DNA of 64,000 nt from Alphaproteobacteria bacterium (GTDB lineage: Bacteria > Pseudomonadota > Alphaproteobacteria > UBA828), in contig CBDEFM010000002.1 of assembly GCA_965237415.1 (NCBI GenBank), positions 1,280,001-1,344,000 on the forward strand, read 5' to 3'. Under the pieces are notes generated by a model, which worked only from the letters and a program-made list of their open reading frames with translations, did no database searches and was not told the origin of the DNA. Positions 37,890-47,073 of the stretch are shown one piece after another. The translations under genes were made by a program, and so were the position numbers. How positions within the stretch are numbered: position 1 is the stretch's first letter; every line of letters starts with the position of its first letter.

Positions 37890-38288
37890 ATGACCGGGCA
37901 GGGAACCCAGCCGCCGAGCGCGGCGGATATGGAGCTGATCGCCGACCGCGAATACCGCCGCATCCCCGCCTTCCTGCGCGAGCCGATCGATCCGGTGATG
38001 ATCCGCGTCGTGGACTTCCCCAGCGACGAAGTGCAGGAGGAGATGGAGCTGGATAGCCCCTACGATCTGCTCGGCCTCTATCAGGGCGTCTCCCTCGACC
38101 AGGGCGGGGTCCAGGACGTGCGCGAGGACGTCGACTTGATCTTTCTCTACCGCCGCCCGCTCCTCGACTACTGGGTCGAGACCGGCAACAGTCTGGAGGA
38201 GGTCGTCCGCCACGTGCTGATCCACGAGATCGGCCACCACTTCGGCCTCTCGGACGAGGACATGGAGCGTATCGAGGCCACCGGATGA
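37890..38288 (+). CDS. Minimal zincin-like metallopeptidase
   Basis: LLGLYQG, LYRRP, HEIGHHFG. Confidence 0.88.
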   Translation: MTGQGTQPPSAADMELIADREYRRIPAFLREPIDPVMIRVVDFPSDEVQEEMELDSPYDLLGLYQGVSLDQGGVQDVREDVDLIFLYRRPLLDYWVETGNSLEEVVRHVLIHEIGHHFGLSDEDMERIEATG

Positions 38289-38327
38289 CGCGGTGCGCGC
38301 CAGTCCCGTCGCAGACCCCTGCGCGCC

Positions 38328-38885
38328 TCAATCCGCCGGCGATACCGGCCCCAGCGGGTAGCTCGCCTCCACCGCGTAGTGGGCGCCGCCCGCGCCGAGG
38401 CGGCTCGAAAATAGCTCGAACGAGCGCACCGGAAACGGCCCGCCGGTGTAGGGGCCGTGATAGGAGATGAACTCCTGAAGCCGGTGCTGAGCCACTCGCG
38501 AAGCGAAGCGCGCGAGGGTCACGTGAGGCGCAAAATTGCGGCCGTCGGGCTCGAACCCGAGCCCGGTGATGACGGCCTCGGTGCGCTCGCGCAGGCGCAT
38601 GAGCGCAGGATTGTGCGCGACTCCGGCCCACAGGATTCGCACCCTGCCGCGATGCGGGAAGTGGCCCACGCCCTCCAGCGTGAGCGAGAACGGCTCGGCC
38701 TCGATGTGTGCGAGGGCATCCCCGATCTCGCGGAAGGCAGCGCCATCGACCTCGCCGATGAAGCGCAGCGTGAGGTGCATCTGCTCCGCGCTCTGCCAGC
38801 GCGCGCCCGGCAAGCCGCCCCGCAGCATCTCGAGCCGGCGGCGGACGTCTTCGGGCAGGGCGAGGGCGACGAAGAGCCGGATCAT
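38328..38885 (-). CDS. thpR: RNA 2',3'-cyclic phosphodiesterase (2H family)
   Basis: RLFVAL and two HxT motifs, HLTLRF and PHVTLAR. Confidence 0.92.
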   Translation of the reverse strand: MIRLFVALALPEDVRRRLEMLRGGLPGARWQSAEQMHLTLRFIGEVDGAAFREIGDALAHIEAEPFSLTLEGVGHFPHRGRVRILWAGVAHNPALMRLRERTEAVITGLGFEPDGRNFAPHVTLARFASRVAQHRLQEFISYHGPYTGGPFPVRSFELFSSRLGAGGAHYAVEASYPLGPVSPAD

Positions 38886-38909
38886 CGGGTGCCCAGGCTT
38901 CCCTCCCCC

Positions 38910-39566
38910 TCAACCGCCCTTGTTCCGGGCGATGAGCGCCACTACATGCGGCACCGTGCGCCGCACGATCTCGGCCACGCCTGCGGCGTTGGGATGGATG
39001 CCGTCGGCCTGGTTGAGCGCCGGCACCATGGCAACCCCCTCCAGAAAAAACGGATAGAAAGCCACCCGATGCTTGGCGGCGAGATCCTCGTAGACCGCGC
39101 GGAACGCGGCCGCATAGTCGGCGCCGAAATTGGCCGGCGCGCGCATGCCGGCGAGCAGCGTCGACGCGCCCGATTCGCCGATCTGCGCCAGGATCGTGTC
39201 GAGATTGGCCTCCATCTGGTCCGTGGGCAGGCCGCGCAGGCCGTCGTTGGCGCCGAGCTCGACGATCACGATCTCCGGCGCGTCGGCGAGCGCCCAGTCG
39301 AGCCGCGCCAGCCCGCCGGCGCTGGTGTCGCCCGAGACCCCGGCGTCGATCACGTGCCAGCCGTGGCCTTCGGCCCTGAGCGCGGCTTCCAGACGCGCCG
39401 GGAAGGCGTCTTCGCGCGGCAGGCCAAAGCCTGCGGTAAGGCTGTCCCCCAGCACGACGATTCGGGGCTCCCCGGCGGCAGTCGGGGTGCCGAAAAGCAG
39501 GAGCCAGGCGCTGAGAACGGCTCCGATCCACACGGCGGGGCGGCCGGGGGAGCGGCGCGATGACAT
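38910..39566 (-). CDS. tesA: Arylesterase/acyl-CoA thioesterase I (SGNH hydrolase)
   Basis: GDSL, GVSGDT, ELGANDGLRG, DGIHP; divergent from ybbA. Confidence 0.9.
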   Translation of the reverse strand: MSSRRSPGRPAVWIGAVLSAWLLLFGTPTAAGEPRIVVLGDSLTAGFGLPREDAFPARLEAALRAEGHGWHVIDAGVSGDTSAGGLARLDWALADAPEIVIVELGANDGLRGLPTDQMEANLDTILAQIGESGASTLLAGMRAPANFGADYAAAFRAVYEDLAAKHRVAFYPFFLEGVAMVPALNQADGIHPNAAGVAEIVRRTVPHVVALIARNKGG

Positions 39567-40248
39567 GAGCGATCCTGCGGTGGTGCTGGATGACGTGCAC
39601 CTCACCCTGACCAGCAAGGCTGGGCCCGTCAACATCTTGCGCGGGGTCTCGTTCACCGCAGAGCGGGGCGAGAGCATTGCCGTGCTCGGGCCGTCGGGCG
39701 CCGGCAAGTCGACCCTGCTCGCGATCATCGCGGGCCTGGAGCGGGCGGACCGCGGTCGCGTGATCGTGGGCGGCAACGATATCGCCGGCCTGGGGGAGAG
39801 CGCGCTCGCGGCGTTCCGGCGGGGCGCCGTCGGCATCGTGTTTCAGGCCTTCCACCTCATCCCGACCATGACGGCGCTGGAGAACGTGGCGTTGCCCCTG
39901 GAGCTCGGCACCCACGGCGACCCCTTCGGCGCGGCGCGGGAGGCGCTGGAGACCGTCGGCCTCGGCCATCGCCTGCAGCACTATCCGAGCCAGCTTTCGG
40001 GCGGCGAACAGCAGCGCGTCGCGCTCGCCCGGGCCTTCGTGCCCCAGCCGGACGTGCTTCTCGCGGACGAGCCCACCGGCAATCTCGACGGCGAGACCGG
40101 GGGCGCGGTGATGGGGGAGCTCTTTCGGCTCCGCGCCGAACGGGGCTCGACGCTGATCCTGGTCACCCACGACCACGCGCTCGCCGCGCAGTGCGACCGC
40201 ATGGTGCATATCGCGGACGGGCGGATCGCCGCGCCCGCCGAGGGCTGA
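39565..40248 (+). CDS. ybbA: ABC transporter ATP-binding protein YbbA-like
   Basis: GPSGAGKS, LSGGEQQR, ADEPTGNLD, VTHD. Confidence 0.9.
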   Translation: MSDPAVVLDDVHLTLTSKAGPVNILRGVSFTAERGESIAVLGPSGAGKSTLLAIIAGLERADRGRVIVGGNDIAGLGESALAAFRRGAVGIVFQAFHLIPTMTALENVALPLELGTHGDPFGAAREALETVGLGHRLQHYPSQLSGGEQQRVALARAFVPQPDVLLADEPTGNLDGETGGAVMGELFRLRAERGSTLILVTHDHALAAQCDRMVHIADGRIAAPAEG

Positions 40249-40273
40249 TCCCCTGAAGGCGTCCTCCCATCAA

Positions 40274-42778
40274 TTGGGCGCTGCGTGGCGCATCGCCCGG
40301 CGCGAGCTTCGAGGGGGCGTGCGGGGCTTCCGCGTCTTCCTCGCCTGCCTGGTGCTGGGCGTCGCCACCACCGCCGCCGTCGGCTCGCTCGGCGAGGCGC
40401 TGAAGGCCGGGCTTGCCCGCGACGCACGGATGATCCTGGGCGGCGATGTGGAGCTGGTGCAGTTCTCGCAGCCGCTCAGCCAAGCGGTGACGGACTACCT
40501 GGAGACGAACGCCACCGCCCTCTCGCATGTCGTCACCATGCGGAGCATGGCCCATCTCGAGGACGGCTCGAGCCGCTCGCTGGTCGAGCTCAAGGCGGTG
40601 GACGGCGCTTACCCGCTGGTCGACCGCGTGCGGCTCGAAGGCGGCATGGCACTCGCCGACGTCTTGGCCGGCGGCGGCGCCGTGGCCGAGAAGGGACTGC
40701 TGGACCGCCTCGGTCTCGGAATCGGAGACAAGCTCCGGGTCGGCCAGGCGGCGCTCACGGTGCGCGCCGTGCTCGCGCGCGAGCCCGACAGGCTCAGCGC
40801 CGGCATATCGCTCGGGCCCCGGATCATGATGGATCACGCATCGCTGGAGGCCGCCGGCCTGATGCAGCCCGGCGCCCTGGTGCGGCATCGCTACCGCGCG
40901 CTGATACCGGAGAGCACGCCGGTCGCAGACTGGACGGCCGGGCTGGAGGCGACGTTCCCCGACGGCGGCTGGAGGCTGCGCGACGTACGCGACTCGAATC
41001 CCTCGCTCAGGCGCCAGCTCGACCGCGTCGGCCTGTTCCTGACGCTGGCCGGGCTCGCCGCCCTCCTGGTCGGCGGGATCGGCGTCGCCAGCGCCGTCTC
41101 CAGCCATCTGCACGGCAAGCTGCACACCATCGCGGCGCTCAAGTGCGTGGGTGCCACGCGCGCCACCGTGCAACGCGCCTTCCTGCTGCAGATCGGTGCG
41201 CTCGGACTCGCGGCCATCGCGGCGGGCCTGGTTATCGGCGCAGCCGCGCCGCCCATCCTCGCCGCGCTCCTGGGCGACGCCTTGCCGGTGCCGTTCGCGG
41301 GCTTGATCCACGGCGCGCCGCTCGGCCTGGCGGCCGCCTACGGCGCGCTCACGATGCTGGCCTTCTCGCTCTGGCCCTTAGGCCGGGCCGCGCGGACCCG
41401 GCCCGGCGTGCTGTTCCGGGGTGCCGCCGCGCCGGTCTCGGGCTGGCCGCCCTTGGCAGCGATTGCCGGCACGGTGCTCGCGGCCGCAGCGCTTGCCGGC
41501 ATCGCGGTCGCCACCGCGGCGCGCCCCGATATCGCCTTGGGGTTCGTCCTCGGCGCGCCGGCGGCGCTCGCAATCTTCAGAGCGGCGGCCGCCCTGGTGG
41601 TCATCCTGGCCCGGCGGATTCGCCCGCGGCGGCTGCCCGCGCTCAGGCTGGGCCTCGCCAATCTGGGCCGGCCGGGGGCGCCCACGGTCCCGGTCGCGAT
41701 GTCGCTCGGCACCGGGCTCGCGGTACTGGTGGCGATCGCGCTGGTGGAAGGCAATCTCGCCGCGCAGATCAGCGAGCAGCGCGAAGACGAGCGGCCGGCG
41801 TTCTTCTTCCTCGATATCCAGAAGCACCAGATCGCGCCCTTCGAGCGGCTGGTGGAGGAGACCGCCGGCGCCGACTACGGCCGCCGCGTGCCGATGCTGC
41901 GCGGCCGCGTCGTGCGCATCGCTGGCGTGCCGGTGCGGGAGGCCGCGGTCGCCCCTGGCTCGGAATGGGTGGTGCAGAGCGACGTCGGCCTCAGCTACGC
42001 CGCCACCGCGCCGCCCAATGCGGAGATCACCGCAGGCCAGTGGTGGGCGGCCGAGTATGACGGGCCGCCGCTGGTCTCGCTGACGGAGGAGGTGGCGCAC
42101 GATTTCGGCCTCGAACTCGGCGACACCCTCTCCATCAACGTGCTGGGGCGCGAATTCACGGCCGAGGTCGCGAGCTTCCGCCGGGTCGACTGGACGGCGT
42201 TCGATATCAACTTCGTCGTGATATTCTCCCCCGGAGTCCTGGAGGGAGCGCCGCAGACGCAGCTCGCCACCGCGCACGCGACACCGGAGGCGGAACCCGT
42301 GCTCGAGCGCGCGGTGACGGAGCGCTTCGCTAACATCACGGCGATCTCCATACGCGCGATCATCGAGGCATTGGACGAACTCATGGGCCGAATTGGCGTG
42401 GCGGTACAGGCGGTGGCCGGGCTCACCGTCGCGGCGGGCCTCTTGGTGCTGGCGGGCGCAACCGCGGCCGGCCACGAGCGGCGGGTGCACGACGCGGTCG
42501 TCTTCAAGGTGCTGGGCGCGAGGCGCGGCGACCTGCTGCGTGCCTTCCTCGCCGAGCACATCCTTCTCGGCTGCGCCATCGCCGGGCTCGCCATCGGCAT
42601 CGGCACGCTAGCCGCCTGGGCCTTCGTAACGCAGGTTTTGGACCTGCAATGGCGCTTCCTGCCCGAATATGTGGCCGTGACCGCCGCAACCTGTATTACC
42701 ATGACGCTTGTTCTCGGATTCGCGAGCACATGGCGCGCGCTCGGCCGCAAGGCAGCGCCCCTCCTGCGAGTGGAATAG
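40274..42778 (+). CDS. ybbP: FtsX-like ABC permease YbbP
   Basis: RIARRELR, IAALKCVGA, FFLDIQ, two FtsX modules; follows ybbA. Confidence 0.88.
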   Translation: MGAAWRIARRELRGGVRGFRVFLACLVLGVATTAAVGSLGEALKAGLARDARMILGGDVELVQFSQPLSQAVTDYLETNATALSHVVTMRSMAHLEDGSSRSLVELKAVDGAYPLVDRVRLEGGMALADVLAGGGAVAEKGLLDRLGLGIGDKLRVGQAALTVRAVLAREPDRLSAGISLGPRIMMDHASLEAAGLMQPGALVRHRYRALIPESTPVADWTAGLEATFPDGGWRLRDVRDSNPSLRRQLDRVGLFLTLAGLAALLVGGIGVASAVSSHLHGKLHTIAALKCVGATRATVQRAFLLQIGALGLAAIAAGLVIGAAAPPILAALLGDALPVPFAGLIHGAPLGLAAAYGALTMLAFSLWPLGRAARTRPGVLFRGAAAPVSGWPPLAAIAGTVLAAAALAGIAVATAARPDIALGFVLGAPAALAIFRAAAALVVILARRIRPRRLPALRLGLANLGRPGAPTVPVAMSLGTGLAVLVAIALVEGNLAAQISEQREDERPAFFFLDIQKHQIAPFERLVEETAGADYGRRVPMLRGRVVRIAGVPVREAAVAPGSEWVVQSDVGLSYAATAPPNAEITAGQWWAAEYDGPPLVSLTEEVAHDFGLELGDTLSINVLGREFTAEVASFRRVDWTAFDINFVVIFSPGVLEGAPQTQLATAHATPEAEPVLERAVTERFANITAISIRAIIEALDELMGRIGVAVQAVAGLTVAAGLLVLAGATAAGHERRVHDAVVFKVLGARRGDLLRAFLAEHILLGCAIAGLAIGIGTLAAWAFVTQVLDLQWRFLPEYVAVTAATCITMTLVLGFASTWRALGRKAAPLLRVE

Positions 42779-43558
42779 ATGCACGGCCACGGAGCCCCCT
42801 CGCCCCCGAGGCTTGGTGTGTATGAGACGGTCGGTGAGGCCTTCCGCCTCACCTTCCGCAACTTCCGCACCATGCTGGGCTTCGCGCTCGCGCCCATGGT
42901 GGTGGCGGTACTGCTGCCGGCGGTGATGCGGCTCGATCTTCAGAGCGATGCCTCCTCCGTTCAGCTCATCATCCACGCGTTTGCGCGGCTCTTCCTGCTC
43001 TCGGTCTTCGCGGTCGCCTGGCACCGCTATCTTCTGCTCGGCAGGCGCGATACGAGCGTGCCGATCCAGTTCTGGCCGGGTGCCCGGGACGCCAAGTATT
43101 TCGGCCTGCTCAGCCTCTTCCTACTGCCGCAGGAGATTGTCCTGGTCGCGATGCAGGCGCAGGACCTGTTCCTGGTCCTGCTGCTGCTGCTGATCACGCT
43201 CTTCATCGCCGCACCGTTCGCGCTGGCCTTTCCGGCGATGGCCGTCGACAACTATCGGGGGCTCCTGGCCGCCCGCCGCACGCTGCGTGGCGCTACGCTC
43301 CAGCTTGTCGGCGCGATCCTGCTCTCCTTCGTGGCGATCACCGTCCTGATGTTCCTGCTCGGCGGCGTCCTCGGGTCAGTAATTCTCGCCACGTTCGGCC
43401 CCGGCGCGATGGTGTCCTTCTTCAACGCGCTGACTTTCCTCACCGTCGGCATTCCCGTGGCCGTGATCACGGTCGCCTACCGCAAGCTCAACCCTCCGCC
43501 TCCGGGACCCGCCTTCGGGACCGCCGCGAGCCCCGCGAGCCCCGCGAACGATACCTGA
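42779..43558 (+). CDS. Hypothetical multi-pass membrane protein
   Basis: About 6 hydrophobic segments, AVAWHRYLLLG motif; ATG abuts the ybbP stop. Confidence 0.7.
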   Translation: MHGHGAPSPPRLGVYETVGEAFRLTFRNFRTMLGFALAPMVVAVLLPAVMRLDLQSDASSVQLIIHAFARLFLLSVFAVAWHRYLLLGRRDTSVPIQFWPGARDAKYFGLLSLFLLPQEIVLVAMQAQDLFLVLLLLLITLFIAAPFALAFPAMAVDNYRGLLAARRTLRGATLQLVGAILLSFVAITVLMFLLGGVLGSVILATFGPGAMVSFFNALTFLTVGIPVAVITVAYRKLNPPPPGPAFGTAASPASPANDT

Positions 43559-43606
43559 TCGACCCTTCCCCGCCCCGGTATCGGACCCGCCAAATTGTTC
43601 GCAGGC

Positions 43607-43636
43607 GTTGAAAATTGGCCGCGGGATACCTAATAT
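43607..43636 (+). promoter_or_regulatory. RpoH (sigma32)-like promoter
   Basis: GTTGAA-N16-CCTAATAT upstream of a YccA-family gene. Confidence 0.5.
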
Positions 43637-43679
43637 CAGTCTTCGAATCCGACAGTTTGTCGCACTAGGGGGCGCTTCG

Positions 43680-44396
43680 ATGGCACTCGGGACGCAAGGC
43701 CGGCCGTTCGCCGGCACGACTCTGACCCAGGCGCAGGTCGACCAGGGTCTGCGGAGCTACATGCTCCGCGTCTACAACTACATGGCCTCGGGCCTCGCGC
43801 TCACGGGCGTCACCGCCTACGCGATAGCCAATACCGGGCTCTTCAACGTGCTCTACGGCTCGGGCCTCGGGTTCGTGGTCATGCTGGCTCCACTCGGCAT
43901 CGTGTTCTTCATGAGCATCAAGATCCGGACCATGAAGCACACCACGGCGCAGTGGCTGTTCTGGGTCTTCTCGATCCTCATGGGGGCCTCGCTCTCCTAC
44001 ATCTTCATGGCCTACACGGCGACCAGCATCGTCCGGGTGTTCTTCATCACCATGGGCATGTTCGGGGCGATGAGCATCTACGGCTACGTGACCAAGCGCT
44101 CGCTGGTCTCGTGGGGCTCGTTCCTGTTCATGGGCCTGATCGGCGTCATCATCGCCATGCTGGTGAACATCTTCCTGCAGTCGGAGTTGCTGCACTTCGT
44201 GATCTCGGTGATCGGCGTGCTGGTCTTCCTCGGCCTCACCGCCTACGACACGCAGCGGATCAAGGACGTCTATCGGGAGAGCGACGGTAAGGCGGTCATG
44301 GTGAAGAAGTCGGTGATGGGCGCGCTCTCGCTCTACCTCAACTTCATCAACATATTCATCCTGTTGCTCCATCTCTTTGGCGCCGCACGCGAATAG
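43680..44396 (+). CDS. Bax inhibitor-1/YccA family protein
   Basis: GLRSYMLRVYNYM, GLTAYDTQRIK, GALSLYLNFIN. Confidence 0.93.
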   Translation: MALGTQGRPFAGTTLTQAQVDQGLRSYMLRVYNYMASGLALTGVTAYAIANTGLFNVLYGSGLGFVVMLAPLGIVFFMSIKIRTMKHTTAQWLFWVFSILMGASLSYIFMAYTATSIVRVFFITMGMFGAMSIYGYVTKRSLVSWGSFLFMGLIGVIIAMLVNIFLQSELLHFVISVIGVLVFLGLTAYDTQRIKDVYRESDGKAVMVKKSVMGALSLYLNFINIFILLLHLFGAARE

Positions 44397-44418
44397 CGGC
44401 GGCGCCGGATAGCGACGG

Positions 44419-44452
44419 AGGGCACCGGGCGGCCAGCGCCCGGTGCCCTTTT
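44419..44452 (+). terminator. Rho-independent terminator
   Basis: gggcaccgggcg-gccag-cgcccggtgccc followed by tttt. Confidence 0.8.
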
Positions 44453-44461
44453 CGTCCGGCG

Positions 44462-45262
44462 ATGTTCGACCGACTCTGGCGCCATGGCGCCCCCGGCCCG
44501 GTGGCGGCGTTTCAACGCTCGCTCACCTACTTTCCCGACCGCACGCGGCCCACGCCGGCCGACTCAGGCGTCCCGGAACTCTCGCCCGTCACCCTTGAGA
44601 CCGAGGATGGGCTTTCGCTGCTCGCGTGGTATGCGCCGCCCCGTGTTTCAGGCGCACCCAGCCTCGCCTATTTCCACGGCAATGCCGGCCATATCGGCAT
44701 GCGGGGCTTCAAGGTGCGGGCCTATCTCAACGCCGGGCTCGGCGTCCTGCTCACCAGCTGGCGCGGCTACAGCGGCAATCCCGGCACGCCGACGGAAGAC
44801 GGGCTCTGTGCCGACGGCCGGGCGGCACGCGCCTTCCTCCGGGCGCACGGTTGCGGCGATGACCGCCAGATACTCTATGGCGAATCCCTCGGCACCGGCG
44901 TGGCGGTCCACCTCGCGCGGGAGGCCGCGCCCGGCGCTCTGGTGCTGGAGGCGCCCTTCAGCTCGATCGTGGATATCGCCTCGGGCCGCTTCCCGCTGCT
45001 CCCGGTCGGCCCGCTGATCGTGGATCGCTTCGATTCGGCCGCCAAGATCGGCAAGGTGGCGGCCCCGGTCCTCATCGTGCACGGCGAGCGCGACCGGACC
45101 ATCCCCGTGCGTCTCGCGCGCCGGCTCTTCAAGCGCGCGCGCGAGCCCAAGGAGGCGGTGTTCATCCCCGAGGCCGACCACGCCGACCTCGTGGAGTTCG
45201 GCCTGCCTGCCATCGCGCTTGAATTCCTCGCCCGCCACGGCCTCGCGCCGCCGCAGCCCTGA
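44462..45262 (+). CDS. Alpha/beta hydrolase
   Basis: YFHGNAG, YGESLG nucleophile elbow, HGERD, ADH. Confidence 0.9.
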   Translation: MFDRLWRHGAPGPVAAFQRSLTYFPDRTRPTPADSGVPELSPVTLETEDGLSLLAWYAPPRVSGAPSLAYFHGNAGHIGMRGFKVRAYLNAGLGVLLTSWRGYSGNPGTPTEDGLCADGRAARAFLRAHGCGDDRQILYGESLGTGVAVHLAREAAPGALVLEAPFSSIVDIASGRFPLLPVGPLIVDRFDSAAKIGKVAAPVLIVHGERDRTIPVRLARRLFKRAREPKEAVFIPEADHADLVEFGLPAIALEFLARHGLAPPQP

Positions 45263-45279
45263 CGGCGCAAGGGAGGCTG

Positions 45280-45990
45280 TTACCCGGCCGCGCCCATGTG
45301 CCGGGCGAGGGCCATGAAGTCGGGCACCACCGCCTCCCAGTCAGCGCTGGGAGCAAGATCGGGGGTGCCTGCCGGGCCGTATTCCTCAGGGCGGGGCACG
45401 AAGGCCGCCTTGAGACCCGCTTCGCGCGCCGCCGCGAGATCGAAGTTGTGCGCGGCGACCATCATCACTGCCTCGGGCGCGAGGCCGAGCGCGGCGGCGG
45501 AGGCACGGTAGACCGCCGCCTGCGGCTTGTAGTCGCGGGCGATATCGGCGCCGACGATGGCATCCCAGGGCAGGCCGGCAGAACGCGCGAGCCGGGCCAT
45601 CATCGCGATCGAGCCATTGGAACAGGGCGCGACGAGGTAGCGGCTGCGTAGCGCCTCAAGGCCGGGCACCGCGTCCGGCCAGGGCGGCAGCTTCTCCCAT
45701 GCCCGGTTGAGACGCGCGCGGCCCTCGTCGTCCACGGCGTCGCCCAAGCCGAAGTCGGCGAGCGTGGCGTCGAGATTCTCGCGATGCAGCAGGTCGAGCG
45801 CCACATAGCCCCGCCGCCCGGTGCGGACCTCCTCCATCGACGGCTGGTACTTGGCCCGCCAGGAATCGGCGAAGGCCAAGGGATCGATCGTCCGCTCCGA
45901 GTCGGCGAAAAACGCCTCGACCTCGCGGGCGACGCCGGTGCGCCAATCGACCACCGTGCCGAACACGTCGAAGAGCAACGCTTCGATCAC
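45280..45990 (-). CDS. Haloacid dehalogenase type II
   Basis: FDVFGTVVDW, SNG, YKP, MVAAH.FDL. Confidence 0.9.
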   Translation of the reverse strand: MIEALLFDVFGTVVDWRTGVAREVEAFFADSERTIDPLAFADSWRAKYQPSMEEVRTGRRGYVALDLLHRENLDATLADFGLGDAVDDEGRARLNRAWEKLPPWPDAVPGLEALRSRYLVAPCSNGSIAMMARLARSAGLPWDAIVGADIARDYKPQAAVYRASAAALGLAPEAVMMVAAHNFDLAAAREAGLKAAFVPRPEEYGPAGTPDLAPSADWEAVVPDFMALARHMGAAG

Positions 45991-46040
45991 CGCGGCCTCA
46001 CGCGACTATGACCGATGGGCGGGTGTGCCGTGACAGGCGA

Positions 46041-47072
46041 TTAGCGCGCCTCGACCGTCCAGGTATGGCCGGTCCGCAGCAGGGCCTCGATCCCGGGGGC
46101 GTCGGAGCCAGTCTTGGCGTCCTCGATCTGCGCGTAGACCGAGGCCTCGTAGCTCTCTTCCGGGCTGCAGAAGAGCACGCCGAGCGCCACGGGGAAGTCC
46201 GGCGGCTCCATCTCCGCAAAGATGCCGGCTAGCGGCCGGTTAGTCTGGTCGTGGACCAGGAGATCGGACTCGTCCACCCCGCCTTCGCCAAGTGTCACCA
46301 CTTCGAGCGAGAACGTGCCCGGCGCCAGCCTGAGCCCGCGGTTTCGCTCCTTGCCGAAGATCAGCGGCTTGCCGTGCTCGAGGAAGATCTGCGTCTCGGG
46401 CGCGTTCTTGCGCTCGGCGAACGCGTCGAACGCGCCGTCGTTGTAGACGATGCAGTTCTGGAAGATCTCGACGAACGAGGCTCCCCGGTGCCCATGCGCG
46501 GCCTTCAGGATATCCGGCAGCCGCTTCTGGTCGGTATCGATGGCGCGGGCGACGAAGCGCGCACCGGCGCCAAGCGCGAAGCGTGTCGCCGACAGCGGAT
46601 GATCCACCGAGCCGAGCGGCGTCGACGGCGAGCGGGTGCCCTCGCGCGAGGTCGGCGAGTACTGCCCCTTGGTGAGGCCGTAGATCTCGTTGTTGAAGAG
46701 CAGGATGTTGAGATCGACATTGCGGCGCAGCGCATGCAGCGTGTGGTTGCCGCCGATGGAGAGCCCGTCGCCGTCGCCCGAGACCACCCAGACATCGAGG
46801 TGGGGATTGGCGAGCTTGACCCCGGTCGCAATGGCGGGGGCCCGGCCGTGGATGGTGTGGAAGCCGTAGGTCGCCATGTAGTAGGGGAAGCGCGCCGCAC
46901 AGCCGATGCCGGAGACGAAGACCACGTCCTTGGTAGCGGTGCCGATCTCGGCGAGCGCCTTGCGCACCGCCTTGATGATGGCGTAGTCGCCGCAGCCCGG
47001 ACACCAGCGGACCTCCTGATCGGAGGTGAAGTCCTGCGCTGTGAGGGCGGGGATCGCGACCGTATCGTTCAT
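46041..47072 (-). CDS. korB: 2-oxoacid:ferredoxin oxidoreductase beta subunit
   Basis: WCPGCGD, SGIGC, GDGDGLSIGGNH, YGLTKGQ. Confidence 0.93.
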   Translation of the reverse strand: MNDTVAIPALTAQDFTSDQEVRWCPGCGDYAIIKAVRKALAEIGTATKDVVFVSGIGCAARFPYYMATYGFHTIHGRAPAIATGVKLANPHLDVWVVSGDGDGLSIGGNHTLHALRRNVDLNILLFNNEIYGLTKGQYSPTSREGTRSPSTPLGSVDHPLSATRFALGAGARFVARAIDTDQKRLPDILKAAHGHRGASFVEIFQNCIVYNDGAFDAFAERKNAPETQIFLEHGKPLIFGKERNRGLRLAPGTFSLEVVTLGEGGVDESDLLVHDQTNRPLAGIFAEMEPPDFPVALGVLFCSPEESYEASVYAQIEDAKTGSDAPGIEALLRTGHTWTVEAR

Positions 47073-47073
47073 C

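Noticed and set aside
38910-42778. Overlapping divergent starts of tesA and ybbA
   Set aside because: Well-known conserved tesA-ybbA-ybbP arrangement; not novel.
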